A program made the position numbers and the translations under genes. Below, in pieces: positions 38,884-49,607 of a stretch of 64,000 nt of DNA (its first letter is position 1; the number at the start of each line of letters is the position of its first letter). Source of the DNA: Candidatus Latescibacterota bacterium (GTDB lineage: Bacteria; Latescibacterota; UBA2968; SICM01); contig CBDCJO010000002.1 in NCBI GenBank assembly GCA_965217865.1, positions 2,176,001 to 2,240,000 of the forward strand, in the 5' to 3' direction. The notes beneath the pieces are model-generated. The model had not been told where the DNA came from. It searched no databases and saw only the letters and a list, made by a program, of their open reading frames with translations.

Positions 38884-40341
38884 TTACCGGGACTTGCCGA
38901 AAAATAGTTCGCGAAGTTTTCCGATCTCCTCCCGGTTGAACGCACCTAAACCCCACAGGACCGCCGGGTAGGCCGCCAGCATTGCGAAACGTCCTGTCAC
39001 CCCCGAAAGGGTAACGCCGAGTCCGCTCGAGAGACCCAGGACGGAAATACCAACACCGACCGATAGGATCTTGCCCACGCGGCCCCATTCGTATGCCACC
39101 GGGTAAAATCCCCGTTCCCATACCAGAAGCAGGGTGGCCATCGTGATATATGCTGAGAGGGTGGACCAGGCCGCACCTATCAGGCCCAGGGGGGGGATCA
39201 AACAGATGTTCAGGAGGATATTGACCGCCGCACCGGCCCCGACCACGGCCGGGAGGATTCGCGTCCGCTCTTCGGCGTAGACCCCTGCCATAAGGTTCAC
39301 ATATATCCCATAAACGAGATAGGACACCAGCAAGATCGGAACCAACCCCTTCCCCTTCAAGAAACCAGGACCGGCGATCCATCCGACGATCTCGTCCAGG
39401 AAAAGGGTCATGCTCACGCAGATCCCCATGCCTGCCAGAAGAAAGTAGGTCATCGTTCGGGCACAAATAGATCCCACGTCCTCTCGTTTTGAAATGGACA
39501 TAAAAAAGGGGAGCCAAGCGGACCGAAAGGCACTCGTGGCGAGGGCCATCACCATTCCGAACTTGTATAGAATGTTGTAGACACCGGCCTCCTCCAGGCC
39601 AAGGAACCGGCGTACGAAATACCGATCCGAAACGTCGATCACAAGAACGGCCAAAACCGATGGGATGAAAGGCAGTCCGAAGGACAACATTTGTCGGAGG
39701 GACACAATCGAGATCTTCGGCCTGAGATACCTGATGATAAAAGGCAGACAGCAGAGCAGGGCAAAAAACGAGGAGAGGATATTGCTTTCGAATACCCCGC
39801 CCAGACCCCGACCGGCAAAAACAATCAGATAGATGTTCAGGATGAGAGAAAGCGTGAACTGAGCGAGTTTGATCCCGGCGTATACCGTGGGTTTTTCGAG
39901 GGCGCGCAACGCATTCAGAGGAACCCCGGACAAGGAATCCAACAACAGGATGACGGCCGCCATCCGGACGAAACGACCTTTGTCTCCGAGGTCGAAAAGA
40001 AACTCCGAAATTCGGTCAGCACCCGACCACATCACCGCCGAAAGGAGAATCGACACCGCCCCGATCGCGATCAGGGCCGAACTGAATGTCCTGCTGCGCT
40101 CCCCAGAACTTCCCGCCCCGCCGAAGTAGCGCAGAATCGCCTGGTTGAAACCGAGGGTGTAGATGATGCCGGAGAACGCAATGAAGGCGAATGCCACTCC
40201 CATCATCCCGTTTTCGGCCTCCGACAACCGACGGGCATAAAGCGGGACGAGGATAAAACTGACCGCCCGGCCCAGCAGGTCGCTAACGCCATAAACGGCC
40301 GTATGACCTGCCAGGCGTTTGAGATGGTCGAACATTGCCAC
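38884..40341 (-). CDS. Oligosaccharide flippase (Wzx/MOP family)
   Basis: Many TM segments, LAGHTAVYG, LSFGLP, SDRYFV, GLIGAAWST. Confidence 0.88.
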   Translation of the reverse strand: MAMFDHLKRLAGHTAVYGVSDLLGRAVSFILVPLYARRLSEAENGMMGVAFAFIAFSGIIYTLGFNQAILRYFGGAGSSGERSRTFSSALIAIGAVSILLSAVMWSGADRISEFLFDLGDKGRFVRMAAVILLLDSLSGVPLNALRALEKPTVYAGIKLAQFTLSLILNIYLIVFAGRGLGGVFESNILSSFFALLCCLPFIIRYLRPKISIVSLRQMLSFGLPFIPSVLAVLVIDVSDRYFVRRFLGLEEAGVYNILYKFGMVMALATSAFRSAWLPFFMSISKREDVGSICARTMTYFLLAGMGICVSMTLFLDEIVGWIAGPGFLKGKGLVPILLVSYLVYGIYVNLMAGVYAEERTRILPAVVGAGAAVNILLNICLIPPLGLIGAAWSTLSAYITMATLLLVWERGFYPVAYEWGRVGKILSVGVGISVLGLSSGLGVTLSGVTGRFAMLAAYPAVLWGLGAFNREEIGKLRELFFGKSR

Positions 40342-40377
40342 AATCGGTTTTCCGGTTTCGCGGGAATTCGACCCGAT

Positions 40378-42837
40378 TTACAACATAGACACAGGGTCCA
40401 CATCCACGTTCATCCGCACCCCCGACCTCTGTCTTACCCCGAACCGGTCGATCGCCTGACGCGCCACCTGGCGAAGGGAGGAGGACGAGGTGCCCTTCAG
40501 GACGACCTGCCAGCGATACGCCCCTTTCAAGCGGGAAAGCGGCGCGGCAGCGGGTCCAAGGATCTCCACTCCCGAACCGGAGGCACCTTCTCTAAGATAT
40601 CCCCCGAAGATCTCCGATTCGCCCATCACGGTCGACTCCTCAGAACCCCGGAAAAGAAAGGAGACAAGGCGACCGAACGGAGGATAGTTCAAAGCCCTCC
40701 GATTTTCCAGTTCTTTCTCGAAGAACGCGTCAAAATCCTGAGCGCACGCGTTGCGAACGGATTCGGCCTCGGGCTGGTAGGTCTGAACCACGACTTCGCC
40801 CTTCCGCTCCCCTCGGCCCGAGCGGCCTGCGACTTGGGTCAGGAGTTGAAACGTGCGTTCCGGAGCGCGGAAGTCCGGCAGGTTGAGCGTGGTGTCCGCA
40901 GAGATCACCCCCACAAGCGTGACGCCTGGAAAATCGAAACCTTTTGCCACCATCTGGGTGCCCAAAAGGATGTCCGCTTTCCCCTTGCGGAAGGCATCCA
41001 GAAAACGGTCGTGAGAGCCCTTCCGCCGGGTCGTATCTACGTCGAACCGGAGAATCCGAACACCCGGGAACTGCGAGAGGAGGGCCTCCTCCACGCGTTG
41101 TGTCCCGACGCCCCCATAGTTTAAGCCCGGTCCTTTACAGGAGGGGCAGACCGATGGGGCGGGGTTCGAGAGGCCGCAGTAGTGACAGATCATCCGCCGT
41201 CCCGCGGCGTGAAAAGTCACGCTTACCGAACAATTTCGGCACCTAATAACCTCTCCGCAGTCGAAGCACTGTACATAGGGTGCGTATCCCCGGCGGTTCT
41301 GCAGGAGGATGATCCGCTCCTCGGACTTCAATCGGTCCTTGATCCGTTCCCGGAGTGGCTTTGAAAACAGCACACCCCGCCCTCCCTCCTTCCGCATATC
41401 GACAAGGATCACCTCCGCGAGGGGTCGGTTGTCGATGCGATGGCGCATCCGGAGACACCGGAACTTTCCCAGATTTCCGTTGAACGCGGATTCCAGGCTC
41501 GGTGTGGCAGAGCCCAACAGAGCCGTGGCCCCACTTCGCTTCGCCCGCATGACGGCCAGGTCGCGGGCGTTATATCTGGGATCCCTCTCATGTTCTTTGT
41601 AAGACCCGTCGTGCTCTTCATCCAGGATGATCAGGCCGAGCTCCCGAACCGGGGCAAATATCGCTGACCGAGTCCCGATGACAACCTTTTTTTTTCCGTT
41701 CAACACCCCCTTCCACGCATCGTAGCGCTCTCCCTCGGACAGGGCGCTGTGAAGCACGGCAACCGTCTCCCCAAACGCCCCCCGAAACGGACGAACCGTT
41801 TGAGCAGTCAGGCCGATTTCGGGGACCAGCAGGATGGCGCCGCGGCCCAGGGAAAGGGTGTGTTGGATTGCCCGGAGGTAGACAAAGGACTTCCCGCTTC
41901 CTGTCACCCCATTGAGGAGCACCGCCCGAAACGAATTCGATGAGATGGCCTTTTCGAGCTCCCGTATCGCCTCCGCCTGCTCTGGGGTTGGAGGCCATTC
42001 CTCTGGAGCGTTAAACCCCTTGCCCGCATAGGGGTCTCTGGCAACCTCCTCGGAAATAATCTTCACGAATCGGCGATTGGCAAGCGCTCTTACCAACCCC
42101 GCGTCAAAACCCTCCTGAGCCAGCGCTACTGTGGAGGCCCTCCCCCCGCGGGAAGCCAAAGACCGGAGACAGTCCGCCTGGCGTGGAGCAGACCTTCCCA
42201 AAGACTCGGACTCGACCTCCACCCAACGCCGGTCTCTCGGGACCAGGTAGACGAACCTTTCCCGTTTCTCCCTGACCCGGGGCCCCTGCACGACCGAACG
42301 GACCTCTACGATTCCCCTTCGGGTCATCGAGGCGACGGCGCGGCGGGAGGAAGCGGACCCAAACCGACGCCTAATCGTTGCCACTGTGATCTCGCGCCGC
42401 TTTTGCAGGAGCTCGAATATCTCACGCTCGATATCTGTGCGGAATTTCAGATCTTCCGGGGTCGCCCTCTCATAAGGTGAAACCAGTAGGAGTTTTAGGC
42501 TGCTTTGGAACCCGATGCCGGCGGGAAGTGCCGTCTTGAGCACCTCTCCCCACCCACAAAGGTAGTAGTCGGCAACCCACCTGCAAAATTCCAGCATCCC
42601 ACGATCAAAAACCGGACCCTGGTCCGGGGCATCGAGTATGTCCTTGATTTCGACTCCGGGACCGCACATTTCCGAAAAACCGACCACAACCCCTGTGATC
42701 TTGCGTTTGCCGAATGGGACGACCACACGGACGCCCTTCCGGACGCGTCCTGAAAGGCCATCTGGAACCCTGTAAACATAGATCGAGGAACGGGGAATCG
42801 GGAGGACGACTTCAGCGAGAGAAGACCCCATTGACAT
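40378..42837 (-). CDS. priA: Primosomal protein N' (PriA)
   Basis: GVTGSGKS, DEEHD, SATPSLES, four CxxC motifs, QVAGRSGRG, VDVDP. Confidence 0.96.
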   Translation of the reverse strand: MSMGSSLAEVVLPIPRSSIYVYRVPDGLSGRVRKGVRVVVPFGKRKITGVVVGFSEMCGPGVEIKDILDAPDQGPVFDRGMLEFCRWVADYYLCGWGEVLKTALPAGIGFQSSLKLLLVSPYERATPEDLKFRTDIEREIFELLQKRREITVATIRRRFGSASSRRAVASMTRRGIVEVRSVVQGPRVREKRERFVYLVPRDRRWVEVESESLGRSAPRQADCLRSLASRGGRASTVALAQEGFDAGLVRALANRRFVKIISEEVARDPYAGKGFNAPEEWPPTPEQAEAIRELEKAISSNSFRAVLLNGVTGSGKSFVYLRAIQHTLSLGRGAILLVPEIGLTAQTVRPFRGAFGETVAVLHSALSEGERYDAWKGVLNGKKKVVIGTRSAIFAPVRELGLIILDEEHDGSYKEHERDPRYNARDLAVMRAKRSGATALLGSATPSLESAFNGNLGKFRCLRMRHRIDNRPLAEVILVDMRKEGGRGVLFSKPLRERIKDRLKSEERIILLQNRRGYAPYVQCFDCGEVIRCRNCSVSVTFHAAGRRMICHYCGLSNPAPSVCPSCKGPGLNYGGVGTQRVEEALLSQFPGVRILRFDVDTTRRKGSHDRFLDAFRKGKADILLGTQMVAKGFDFPGVTLVGVISADTTLNLPDFRAPERTFQLLTQVAGRSGRGERKGEVVVQTYQPEAESVRNACAQDFDAFFEKELENRRALNYPPFGRLVSFLFRGSEESTVMGESEIFGGYLREGASGSGVEILGPAAAPLSRLKGAYRWQVVLKGTSSSSLRQVARQAIDRFGVRQRSGVRMNVDVDPVSML

Positions 42838-42874
42838 CCGACCTGAAAAAAAGGGGGGAAGGTTCGACTTGAGG

Positions 42875-43892
42875 TTATCGGTTCGTGGGAGGATCAGGAA
42901 CGCGTCTTGCCGAGACAGTGTCGTCAAGAGCGATGTCCTGTTCTTGGATTCCGCTTCCTTCAATCCGGGGTTCCGACAAGATCGGCGGGCTGGAGAGCGA
43001 GTCGCTCAGGGGAATCGAAGGAGGTCTCTCCTTTTTGACCCCGGTCCGTGTGATCGTTATCCGGAGGACGCCCGATACACCCGGCCTCACCCAGGGCAGC
43101 GGGTGATCCTGCAACGAAAACGCCACACCCCGGGACCGACCCGACACCACTGAAAACTTTTCCCGAGCTCGCCAGGTCCTTTCATCTTCGGGCTCCATAA
43201 ATCCCCGAAACACCCGACGTTCATCTGAAAGGATATCCAGCCAGGTCAGTTTGACACAGACGGGGCGGAGTGCCATGAACGAATCACTTTCGGTCCAGGA
43301 GATACCGTGCAAAACCTCTTTGCTCGGGGCCTTAGGTTTGGACTCGGACTCTGGCTCTCCGAATATCTCTGGATCCGTCGCGTCCGCTACCGCGGCTGTG
43401 TCCGAACCGGAGTCCTTCAGCCGAGAGGTTTGAGTCGAATCTTCCGTCCCGACAGCTAGTTCATCGCCGACCCCGCCGTCCGGAGAGATTTGGGTTGGAT
43501 CCCGGGAGACCGTCGAGGAGACATCTTCCGCTCCCATTTTGAACAAAGAGACCCCCGCTAATCCGAGCAGCGCAAACCCAACTGCCATCCCCACGATAAC
43601 CCCCCAGGAAAGGGGTCCATCGCGTCCAATCGTCGTCGAAATCCCCGATCCCCCCTCTTCGTGGGGTCGCTCGATCTCCTCGTATCGATCGAGTACATAT
43701 TGGGGATCCATACCGACTTGGTTCGCATAGGTCCGGAGGAACAGTCTGATGTACGGTTTTGGGAGGAATTCGAAGTTGCCTTCTTCGATTGCGTTCAGGA
43801 AGTCGGTGCTGATTAGTGGCCACGTGAACCGCTTGAAGCGTTAAGCCTGCTCGCTCCCGACTTTCACGCATCTCTTCGTGTAGGGGCACCAT
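42875..43892 (-). pseudogene. RodZ-like HTH-TM-DUF4115 protein, frameshifted near 43815
   Basis: MRESRERAGLTLQAVHVAT in one frame; ISTDFLNAIEEGNFEFLPKPYIRLFLRTYANQVG, TM segment and TWLDILSD domain in the next. Confidence 0.75.
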
Positions 43893-44478
43893 CTCTCCTC
43901 ATCTCCCATATGTTGCAATCCATCTGTTTGAGCATCGCACACAATCTTTCCACCGGAAGTCCGACCACATTATGGAAACAACCTTCTATATGCTTCACAA
44001 ACGATGACCCCAATCCCTGGGCCGCGTAGGCCCCGGCTTTGTCCATCGGTTCTCCGGTTGCCACATAGGACCGGATCTCAAACGGTGAAATCTCCCGCAT
44101 GCTCACGCGCGTCCGGACAACATCCGTCAGCGACCTCAGGGTCCCGGAATCCACGAGGGTAAGACCCGTGATTGCCACGTGTGTACGTCCCGATAGCCTG
44201 GAGAGCATCCCAAAGGCGTCTTCGTCGTCTTTCGGCTTTTCAAGGGTCTCCTCGTCGATGGCCACAACCGTATCCGCCCCGATGACAATCCCCGACGATA
44301 GGCCCGAGGCGACCTCTTCGGCCTTCCTTCGAGATAGGATTCGAACGCGGGTTACGGGTCCTTCGACGCCGTCGATTGCCTCCGAAGCCCCCCCGACGAT
44401 CTGTTCAAAAGGCAGTCCCATCATCTGCAGCAGGGCCACCCGGCGAGGCGAGGCAGAGGCCAGAATGATCCGTTTCAC
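43864..44478 (-). CDS. maf: Maf family nucleoside triphosphate pyrophosphatase
   Basis: IILASASPRR, IGADTVV, EPMDKAGAY, NVVGLP. Confidence 0.95.
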   Translation of the reverse strand: MKRIILASASPRRVALLQMMGLPFEQIVGGASEAIDGVEGPVTRVRILSRRKAEEVASGLSSGIVIGADTVVAIDEETLEKPKDDEDAFGMLSRLSGRTHVAITGLTLVDSGTLRSLTDVVRTRVSMREISPFEIRSYVATGEPMDKAGAYAAQGLGSSFVKHIEGCFHNVVGLPVERLCAMLKQMDCNIWEMRRDGAPTRRDA

Positions 44479-44948
44479 GATATCGCTCCGGAATTTGGAG
44501 ACAGCTCTCTCGCCCTCGGGCTCTGGATCATGAGCGTGACGGGTCCGTCGTTGTGGATCTCAACCTCCATGTGGGCGCCGAAAATTCCTGACTTCACCGT
44601 AAGCCCGTGTCCGCTCAAATGTTCTATAAATGCCTCGAAGAGTTCCTTTCCCGGACCGGGCGGCGCGGCCTCCACGAAACTGGGCCTGCGTCCTCTTCGC
44701 GTATCCGCATAGAGCGTGAACTGCGGGATCGCCAGGATTCGGCCCCCCACCTCCAGGACCGATCGATTCATCTTTCCGGCGTGGTCCTCGAAGATGCGCA
44801 AATGCGCGCATTTGTCGGCCAGTGCCTCCGCGTCGATCGGGCCGTCCCCTACCCCGACCAGGAGAACCATCCCTAGACCTATTTCGGAGACCACCGAACC
44901 GTCCACGGAAACGGCCGCCCGGTTCACTCGTTGAATCAGGATACGCAC
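44475..44948 (-). CDS. dtd: D-aminoacyl-tRNA deacylase
   Basis: RILIQRV, LRIFED..GKMN, QFTL, GRRPSF, NDGPVT; GTG start. Confidence 0.94.
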   Translation of the reverse strand: MRILIQRVNRAAVSVDGSVVSEIGLGMVLLVGVGDGPIDAEALADKCAHLRIFEDHAGKMNRSVLEVGGRILAIPQFTLYADTRRGRRPSFVEAAPPGPGKELFEAFIEHLSGHGLTVKSGIFGAHMEVEIHNDGPVTLMIQSPRARELSPNSGAIS

Positions 44949-45357
44949 GTCTGACCAAACCCTCCGCTTGAAGGGTTTCGTGCATCTTCGCTGAAGCTCA
45001 GAAACCCTCATCAGATGGCCTTGACTTCGCGCTAATGTACCGTAATCCAAGCTATCTGGCAAGATAAAAGGGGTGGTTTGTCCCCGGGGGAAAGGTTCTC
45101 AATGCGAGTGCTTGAGGCGGGTCTTGGGGAGTCCAAATTTATGACATTCAGAGAGCCCTGGAAGGTCTGTGACACGAGGGTTGTTGGAGAATTCTTCACG
45201 ATCTGGGGACATTCCTTCGATGGGAGAGAGGATCATGACTCAACAATACGACCGCGAGTTTCAAACTATAACCCACAAGAAATTTCCGTTCGACCCAACA
45301 CAAAAGACGGTTCTGAAGCCGCTCGAACTGATTTCGGTTATTTTTTTGGCGGGGGGA

Positions 45358-47733
45358 TTAGAACCCCCCGATCGCCCCGGTACGACGCTCGATCTTAAAC
45401 TGCGGGATGTCCTTAAGATTCAGCTTGAAGTAAGTTCCCTTGTTGAAACCCGTGGGCGTCCAGGAAACCTGCGCCTCCCACTCGTGAAGGTCCCGATAGA
45501 TCGAAAGGGTCTGCGCGGTGAGCCGTCTGTCAGGGGCAAGGCCGGCGTTGATCGAGTAATCGAAGCGCCAACCCCCTGTGGGATTGAATCCCGCACCGAA
45601 CTTGAGGGTTGAATTGGTTCGGGAGGCCGTCCCGGTTGAGGGCCGGAACCGCGAGAGGGTATGATAATGCGTCAGGTTAAGCCGCCAGGGCTGGCGGCTG
45701 TCGACCACGTCTGAGTAAAGATCCCGTTCAAACCCGAAACCCGGGACATGCGCAGGGGTCCTGTAGGTCCTCCGACCCGGGATCGGCCGGTCCGGTCCCC
45801 TTTCCTCATCCGCCCCCTGCCTCCCTGAGAGCCTCAGGATGGAAGTGAGGTTCAGACTGGTGACGAACGGACGAAGCAACCGGAAGTCCCCAGCGGGGTC
45901 GTAGAGGTCCATGACGGCGTTCAACCGAACGTCGAACCGTCGATCCGGTTTTAGCGCTCCGCTCAACCTGAGCGGGGACCATCCCTTCTCCGCCGCATCG
46001 AAATCGTAATTCGTGAAAAGATCGATCGTTGCAAAATCCGACCTGCGCTCCCTCCCCTCCCTCTCCGTCTTGACTTGAAAGGTGTTTCCCAGACCCATCC
46101 CCAGGCTCCGCCTCGGATCCTCCGCCTCTCTCGCCCCGCCGAACCCGAACGTCCCTCGCCGCACCGTCGCCCTCTGCGAGTAGCGAAAAGACAGATTGGG
46201 CCGGACCACGTGACGGATCGCCCGCAGACGACCTACCCGGGACTCAAAAAGACCATAGAAGGTGCTCCCGACAGATGTCGACGCGCTATACTGCTCAAAC
46301 CGCGTCGGGAGGTCCTTATCGTTGCGAGAAACGCGTTGAGACGTCGATAAACCGGGAGTAAAGTTGAGCCATCCCCAGGCTTTCTGTTGGCTGGACATCG
46401 AAAGCCCCCCCGTAAGTTGAAGATCTTCTGTATTCTTTCCGGCTTGTCCATCACGCGTGAAGGCGTTCCTCAATCCGCCATTGAACGAGTAGAAGATCGT
46501 CTCATACCATCTTCGTCCCCCACCCCTTGCTCTTCCCGACCCCCGCGCCCCGACCTCTGACCCCTTTGGCCTATACAAAGGCCGATGCCCACCGCGGAAG
46601 GTGAGAGACGGGAAGGACAGGAACCTGCTCACGTCCGTTTCCAGGTTCTGCTCGTGAAGGAAGATGGCCTGGATACTATTGCCCGATCCGGCCCAGCGGC
46701 GGTCGTAGGACAGATTCGAACGCATCGACCTGTTGAGGCGATCGAACGCGTTGGTGCTGTTGTCCCGATTGAACTCCCGACGGCTCAAGAAATTCCCGCT
46801 GCCGCGTAGATTGGCAGTGCGTCCCAAACGCTGGTAGTGCCGCGCCTCCACACGCCAGTCCCTCCCGGTGGTTCCTCCGCCCACGTCACGGGTTTCGAAA
46901 GCCACATCGACAGAGCCGTTGTAACGGTTTCGGAGTGCATAACGGGCGTTTGTTCGTACAAGGGCTCCGCCCCTTTCCCTGAGGCTCAGATTTGCCGTGG
47001 CGTCCCAGTAATCGCTCGATCCGAAATAATAGCCCAAGTTGGTCACGAACAGACCGTCCCGGTCGTTGCTCCCGAAGTTTGGGGTAAGAATTCCAGAGTG
47101 GCGCCCCTTCTTGATCGGGAAGACGTAGAAGGGCACCCACGCCAGCGGAACCCCCCCGACCCGGAACAGGACCGACCGAGCAATCACCTTTTCGTCAGGG
47201 ATGACCTTGAGATCGCGGCAGAAAAAATCGGTGTGGGGATGATCCAGGTCACACGTGGTGATCACACCCCCACGGATATGGATGGTCCGGTCGCTGGCCG
47301 TGCGAATCGTTTTTCCGTGCAGGTATTTTCTCTCGAAAGTTGTCCGTCCTTCCCATACCTGTCCCCGGCCGGATTCCAGGTGGTACGACATTCGGTTTCC
47401 GTGCACCACCTCGGCCCCTCGACGAAATACGGGAAGCTCATCGATTGTTCCGGTTGAGTCCGGGATTCCCTCCGCCTCGAGAACCCCTGCTGCTCGGTCG
47501 AAGACCACACGTCCTGCCGAGAGCTCGATCTCCCGGTAGCGAAGTTTTACCTTCCCCTCCAGGGTCATCCATCGGGTCTCGAAGTCGTACGTCACCTTGT
47601 CCGCCTCGTAACGCACCTCGGATGAATCCTGGACGGATGGGTCCGGCCTCTCCAAAGAAAGGGGATCGGCCTGCTGGCCCGAAACCACTCCAGGAGCCAT
47701 CAGGAAAATCGCCAGTAGAACGGTCACGAACAT
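45358..47733 (-). CDS. lptD: LPS assembly protein LptD-like
   Basis: Signal peptide, OstA-like N-terminus, ITTCDLDHPH, GRHSGILTP, IYRDLHEW barrel C-terminus. Confidence 0.8.
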   Translation of the reverse strand: MFVTVLLAIFLMAPGVVSGQQADPLSLERPDPSVQDSSEVRYEADKVTYDFETRWMTLEGKVKLRYREIELSAGRVVFDRAAGVLEAEGIPDSTGTIDELPVFRRGAEVVHGNRMSYHLESGRGQVWEGRTTFERKYLHGKTIRTASDRTIHIRGGVITTCDLDHPHTDFFCRDLKVIPDEKVIARSVLFRVGGVPLAWVPFYVFPIKKGRHSGILTPNFGSNDRDGLFVTNLGYYFGSSDYWDATANLSLRERGGALVRTNARYALRNRYNGSVDVAFETRDVGGGTTGRDWRVEARHYQRLGRTANLRGSGNFLSRREFNRDNSTNAFDRLNRSMRSNLSYDRRWAGSGNSIQAIFLHEQNLETDVSRFLSFPSLTFRGGHRPLYRPKGSEVGARGSGRARGGGRRWYETIFYSFNGGLRNAFTRDGQAGKNTEDLQLTGGLSMSSQQKAWGWLNFTPGLSTSQRVSRNDKDLPTRFEQYSASTSVGSTFYGLFESRVGRLRAIRHVVRPNLSFRYSQRATVRRGTFGFGGAREAEDPRRSLGMGLGNTFQVKTEREGRERRSDFATIDLFTNYDFDAAEKGWSPLRLSGALKPDRRFDVRLNAVMDLYDPAGDFRLLRPFVTSLNLTSILRLSGRQGADEERGPDRPIPGRRTYRTPAHVPGFGFERDLYSDVVDSRQPWRLNLTHYHTLSRFRPSTGTASRTNSTLKFGAGFNPTGGWRFDYSINAGLAPDRRLTAQTLSIYRDLHEWEAQVSWTPTGFNKGTYFKLNLKDIPQFKIERRTGAIGGF

Positions 47734-48039
47734 GGAAATTGGGGATCCCCCTTCACGGTTTCGGAATGTGGATTGGGGGCTGCGGATTGAAGAACCGAAG
47801 GCTTTGAATCCGCAACCCGAACTGCGCGCGCTGATTCCTACCTGCTATGGAGGATCGGACTCGTCGGTCGGTTTCTGAAGCGGATGCCTGAGATCGTTTG
47901 AAAGATGTTGAACCCCTGAATTCAGAGGGCATCGTTCTTCTTGATTTTTTCCCGTATATTTTTACCTTAGTAGGACGATTCGGGTCTCCTCGACGAATCT
48001 AAAAGGATTCCAGACCACTTTAATATTGGAGATCCCACT

Positions 48040-49503
48040 ATGCCGACGGAACTCAGCGCGGTGAATGTTTCTCTTTTCGATGGTCTTTCCGCGTCAGAGA
48101 AAGAAAGCCTTTACAGCATCTCCGATCGCCGGACTTATCCGGATGGTGCTGTGATCATCTCTGAGGGCGAAGAGGGCGATTCCCTGTTCATCGTGGCATC
48201 GGGCACCGTTCAGGTGGAAAAGGCCACCCTCGATCGGCGGCAGGAAGCATTGGTCCTGTTGCAGGAGGGCGAATGCTTTGGCGAATTGACCCTCGTGGAC
48301 AAGCAACCCAGAAGCGCTACGGTTCGAGCGGTGGGTGATACCGAAGTCTTCATCTTTAAACGGGATGCCCTCGAACAGGATTTCGCCCAGACCCCCAATG
48401 TCCACCATCGCGTCCTGGAAAATCTGATCAAGATCATGTCCGGCCGTCTTCGACGGGTGGACGAAAACCTGATCCAGAGCATCTACGACAGCGTGATCGT
48501 CGTGGATCGAAGCCTAAAGGTTATGGAGTGGAATCGGATCTCCGACCTTCGGGGCATCCCGGCTCAGGAACTCTCTACTTTGCAGTCCACAGACCACGAT
48601 CTATTTAAACTGATGCCGCACCTCCAGGGGACTTTTCGGACACATATTGAAGAGGTGATTGAAAGCGGGGAAGCCTCCCGCTTCCTGGTGGATTACGAAG
48701 ACCCGGGCCAAGGCCAAATCTACCTCGATACGGTGGTCGCCCCGTACAAACGAGGCGCTCAGATCATCGGCGCCGTCCTGGCCCAACGGGACATCACAGA
48801 CGTAAAAGCCCTTGAGAATCAGCTCATTCATGCGGAGAAGTTGGCGATGTCCGGGCAGATGGCTGCGGATATCGGCCACGAACTCAACAACTACCTCTCT
48901 ATCATATCGGGACACGCGGACCTCATCAGCATAGAACCCGCTTTAAAAGAACTCCCGCGCGCCATGAAAAGCCTAGGTGCCATAATGGAACAAGTGCGTA
49001 GGATCGAAAGGTTTACGGCCAACCTGATGGATTTCTCCGCACAGAACACGCAAAAAAAACCCACCGATCTCAACGGTCTGATTTCAAAGCTCGTCCAGTT
49101 CATTCACCCCCAACATCGATTTCGTAACGTCGTGTTCGAAATGCGCCTCCAAGAAGACCTTCCATCTTTGAACATCGACGGAGGACAAATCCAACAGGTC
49201 CTCCTGAACCTGTTCGCAAACGCGGCAGATGCCGAGTCGTCGGGGGAAGTCACCACAACCACAGAGCACAACGTTGAAAACCACAAAGTGCGCATCACGG
49301 TCAAAGACAATGGTCCGGGGATACCCGACAAGGTTCTGGCCAAAATCTTCGCCACCGGTTTTACCACCAAGCGGACCGGACACGGTTTCGGATTGCCGAT
49401 CTGTAAACGTATCGTTGAAAATCATGGGGGCGAGATCGCTGTTATCAGCCAGGTCAAGGACGGCACCACCTTTACGATCCAACTTCCCGTAACCGGCCAT
49501 TGA
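48040..49503 (+). CDS. cNMP-binding/PAS histidine kinase
   Basis: FGELTL..PRSATVRA cNMP motif, PAS-like middle, IGHELNN, DNGPG, GHGFGL. Confidence 0.88.
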   Translation: MPTELSAVNVSLFDGLSASEKESLYSISDRRTYPDGAVIISEGEEGDSLFIVASGTVQVEKATLDRRQEALVLLQEGECFGELTLVDKQPRSATVRAVGDTEVFIFKRDALEQDFAQTPNVHHRVLENLIKIMSGRLRRVDENLIQSIYDSVIVVDRSLKVMEWNRISDLRGIPAQELSTLQSTDHDLFKLMPHLQGTFRTHIEEVIESGEASRFLVDYEDPGQGQIYLDTVVAPYKRGAQIIGAVLAQRDITDVKALENQLIHAEKLAMSGQMAADIGHELNNYLSIISGHADLISIEPALKELPRAMKSLGAIMEQVRRIERFTANLMDFSAQNTQKKPTDLNGLISKLVQFIHPQHRFRNVVFEMRLQEDLPSLNIDGGQIQQVLLNLFANAADAESSGEVTTTTEHNVENHKVRITVKDNGPGIPDKVLAKIFATGFTTKRTGHGFGLPICKRIVENHGGEIAVISQVKDGTTFTIQLPVTGH

Positions 49504-49607
49504 CCCCCTCTACTGGTATGGACAACCAAGCGAAAGCAACAGGGATATCCCATTGCAATCATAGGGCTTGACTCAAGTTTGGTCAAGTCCTTTATCTTGC
49601 CCAACCG

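Noticed and set aside
39691-41124. 477-aa plus-strand ORF and other long antisense ORFs (e.g. 8190-9092, 30368-31258, 34876-35745)
   Set aside because: Shadow frames opposite well-supported genes in GC-rich DNA, with no recognisable motifs
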